A stretch of DNA of 63,575 nt, counting the filler, from Phoronis australis (taxonomy: Eukaryota; Animalia; Phoronida): the NCBI GenBank assembly GCA_002633005.1. It is 9 parts of 9 records of this genome, joined end to end, with 100 filler letters (N's around TTAATTAATTAA, not from the genome) between each part and the next. Parts side by side here need not be neighbours in the genome. Positions count along the whole stretch, not along the records: positions 59,436 to 62,040 come from NMRA01003563.1; positions 62,141 to 63,575 come from NMRA01002096.1; 7 more parts are not named here. One strand, given 5' to 3'. How positions within the stretch are numbered: position 1 is the first letter of the stretch; the number at the start of each line of letters is the position of its first letter. A program made the translations under genes and the position numbers. The notes beneath the pieces were generated by a model, which saw only the letters and a program-made list of their open reading frames with translations, had not been told where the DNA came from and made no database searches. Of the stretch, positions 60,350 through 63,575 are shown piece after piece.

Positions 60350-60564
60350 GTGCCTCGTCAGGTAGTGTAGTGATAACCATCCTGCCAGATGACACACCTG
60401 AGACTGATGAGGAAATGACCATCACCCTGATCAGGGCTGATCCACCGGACGAGCAGAAATTACGCGCCGGCTCTACGCAGGTGAAAATAGTCATCCGTGA
60501 GAATGACAATCCTGGGGGCACATTCCAGTTTTCATCGGCGATGTCGCCCACATACGTGGTGGAG
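60350..60564 (+). CDS. ADGRV1: Calx-beta domain exon, ADGRV1-like
   Basis: TTACAG acceptor and GAG|GTAAGT donor; 215 nt, phase 1-0. ITILPDDTPETDEEMTITL...IVIRENDNPGGTFQF is the tandem Calx-beta signature. Confidence 0.82.
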
Positions 60565-62140
60565 GTAAGTATGACTCAGTGTCACTGATGCCTAGATCCG
60601 CAATGTTAAAGTTGTTGAACCCAAGAGTGGTGAATAATATGGCTAAAATTCAAATTAAACTGAAGTTCTTGCATGTTATACATCCATTTGATTGATGGTC
60701 TTTGATCTAGGTAAAAATCCCCAAAGCCAAATTTCTTTATATTCTCTAACATTACTCGTAAAAAATTAGTCATTTTTCCTAGACATGTCTGAAACATTAG
60801 GGGTCGAATGTCACTGACCTCAAGGTGTGGTTGGGGAAAATTCAAAACTTTATGAGAACTCATAAAATCTTGTCTAGTTTCAATTCGAAACAATTCTAAA
60901 CGAAATGGCAGCAGATTCAGCAAAAGTAATATAATGTTATATTCATTGCAACAGAAGTCATTACTTGTGATGTAAAATTTCACAAAATTGGTACAAATTA
61001 AATTGTTCAGATTGATTTTTTTAATTTTTCAAAGGCATCTAGCAATGATATGACTGCCTGCAATTTCTCAGAACATTGTCTGATGAGAGCTAAGATATAA
61101 AAACTTAAAAATATCTATTTGGTGCTACTTTATGTCTTTCATATTTATGAAGCAACTGGCAAAATGAAATTTCACTTGACCGTCTGCCATATTGGGCCCT
61201 TAGCAGATGAGATTCTATCCTAAAACCATCACGTCTTGTGTCATCAGATCCTAGGGGTTGATACCTCTTGATTCTGCCCTCTAGAGCGACCATTTCTTAA
61301 ACCTTTGTCTAATTCATGCCTTGACTTCGTTTTTCATTTTTATCCTTTTGCAAAATAGATGGTAAGAGTTTTGAGTGTTCTCAAATACTTATGATTTTCT
61401 TTTAAAGCATGACTGCGATTTAGATTATGTTTGCTTGAAACATCATTGAACCTGAAACACTGCACTAAAATTGTGTTGTTGCTTGTCTAATGGTTGAGTC
61501 AACTTTCCACAACTTGGCCTGGAATTGAAATATAGTGTTGCAGCTGTGTTGTGTGTATATAATTGTTTTTAAAGCAGTGTCGTATGATTATGTTTTTATT
61601 GAAATTGTATTTGGCTTGTTTAATGTTAGTGCTTAAACATGACGTAACCTTAAGTAACGGAGCTAAGTGTGCTTTAAACCTGCTTGTTTTTGATTTGAGC
61701 CACTTGCTGATCTCGACTTTTACCTAAGTCAAAGTAATTGTGATTTCTGGGTAGCCATGTTTGATGTGAGCACACCGCTGCAAGACTCTCTGAAGACACT
61801 TGAGAGAGAAGCTAAATGTGGTTGCGTGTTTCACTTGTGTTGCATGGCAATATCAGGCACAGATTTGTATGATCTTGCTGTGCTCTTTCGAAATTTGGTC
61901 CACGGAATGCTCCCGTGGTTTCTCAGTGGCATCACTGATAATGTGGGTAATATTCAGATATAACGCACCTGTATTTTGAGAACCGTTTTTCTCAAAATGT
62001 GAACACTTTATATCCTACTATTGCCGTTAACATGTATACTNNNNNNNNNNNNNNNNNNNNNNNNNNNNNNNNNNNNNNNNNNNNTTAATTAATTAANNNN
62101 NNNNNNNNNNNNNNNNNNNNNNNNNNNNNNNNNNNNNNNN

Positions 62141-62293
62141 CAGGGGCGGGTCCAGGATTTTGAGTTGGGGGGCAGGGCAGAGAATTAGCCAGGATTTTAC
62201 CCGTGAGACATTCGCACCCGAACTGCCAAATGGAATCTGGGCGAAATTTAGGGAGGCCATGGCTCCCTTGGCCCACCTTTAAATCCTCCACTG
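62141..62293. mobile_element. MITE, same family as 9830-9980
   Basis: CAGGGGCGGGTCCAGGATTT ... AAATCCTCCACTG, with shared internal GGCAGGGCAG..CAGGATTTTA.CCGT.AGA..TT.GCACCC. Confidence 0.65.
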
Positions 62294-62449
62294 GCGACTG
62301 ATAACAATGCCTGTTGTGTTACTATCTCATTCATATTTATGGTGGACGTTTGTCTCGACGATCAACAATGCGTCACAATCTAAAATGTTTCATGAGATGA
62401 AAAGGAGATCGGGGTTGGCGAAAAAAAATCAGTTCTTATGACAACTATA

Positions 62450-63150
62450 GTGTCTGCAAAGCATACTGTGTCGTACGAAAAATAGTAATTACAATTGACA
62501 GTAAAATATCTATCCCTCGAAAGACTGGCCCAATGCATTGATAAGCAGCATAAACTAACTGAACTGTTGTGTCCCTGAATGTTGAGACCTTTTGAAAACA
62601 AATTTGCCAGGGTGAACCTTCCCCTTAAAATAACGACGTAATGAACTCCAGTCTTTGTTTCATATCGCGGAGCATGAGCGTTAATTCGCTGTCTTAAAGA
62701 ACCAAAACAAAAGGTTCCAACCAAAACATAATGTCTAACAACAGTTTCCACGATGGGATTCTATGGAACTTTAATACCTTTGGCCGACAGTCTTTTTGCC
62801 ATAGTAGTGTACATTGTCAATCAACCCATACTTTTGAAAGATTTTCCGACGTTCATTACGGCCTTTTCCCGTTGATCCCAACTTGTTTGATTCTATAGTC
62901 CAATCACAAGTTGCGAAGATGACCCCTGTAACTAATATCTTACACGACTGATTAACTCCATTCTGCCATTTATGGTTGAGGCCCAGCTCTCTTTTGTTCG
63001 ATAATTGCTCTAATCTCCAATAAGATCCTATCTAGCCTGATAGGGTTGTGCTGTTAAAAACAAAAGTTTACAAGCTCTTACATATTTGAACATATACCAG
63101 TACCATTTCTCAATTCTTCATCAAATGCTGATCATGTTTAGTTTTTGAAT
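62450..63150 (-). mobile_element. Heavily decayed transposase-like remnant, possibly IS3EU-type
   Basis: Only fragmentary words across frames (EELRNG, LSAKGIKVP..ETVVR, IQGHN), adjacent to a subterminal-type repeat. Confidence 0.25.
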
Positions 63151-63379
63151 TGACAAAATCATCCAACTAGTTAACCGAAGTTACGACAATCTATTCTTTC
63201 TGAACGTACCAATTCGCTCTGGGTTTGACTGTGTTCACACGGAGCTAGATGTTATCATATCCTCACAACCCTCTACATCTGGTAAAGTCACTGAACGGGA
63301 AAACGCCGTCATGGCGAAATCAATTAGTTTCATGTGAACAGAACACAAGAGGATGATATAACCATAGGCAAGGTACCTA

Positions 63380-63556
63380 AACTACACGATCAACGGACTC
63401 ATAAACACGACTCACGGACCTGCAAACACCGTCCACTGACTCACAAACACGGGAACGGACTCACAAAACACGATCCACTCACCCAAATACACGGGACACG
63501 GACTCATATTCACGAGGAAACACGGTTAACGGACCGCCAAACACGGGTCACGGACA
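63380..63556. repeat. Degenerate ACACGG/ACTCAC tandem repeat (probable transposon subterminal array)
   Basis: Repeated ACACGGGA(C)ACGGACTCA(C) units. Confidence 0.65.
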
Positions 63557-63575
63557 AAATGAAGATGTCATCTGA

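Overview
AT-rich, repeat-dense draft-assembly window from an animal. The combination of an SPR/MIP-type receptor and ADGRV1-like exons suggests a marine lophotrochozoan (inference). Most N-gaps contain an artificial TTAATTAATTAA spacer. Host-gene pieces are the 3' terminal exon of a TRANK1-like gene (+), a phase 1-1 fibronectin type III exon (-), an intact single-coding-exon sex-peptide/MIP-receptor-like GPCR (+), two Calx-beta exons of an ADGRV1-like gene (+) and a compact intronless USP (peptidase C19) pseudogene. The rest is mostly decayed mobile DNA: two nested non-autonomous CCC...GGG elements with 2-bp TSDs (CMC/EnSpm-like) plus the end of a third, two Academ-like transposons, a Sola3 element with TTAA TSD, four Gypsy remnants (one with Gmr1-type layout), two Penelope remnants, LINE pieces, a tRNA-SINE and MITEs. 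The most distinctive signal is the CCC-terminal family: a shared 12-bp terminus, a different palindromic subterminal motif in each element, and a homologous internal cargo block in the nested pair. All family assignments are from recalled motifs; no database search was run.
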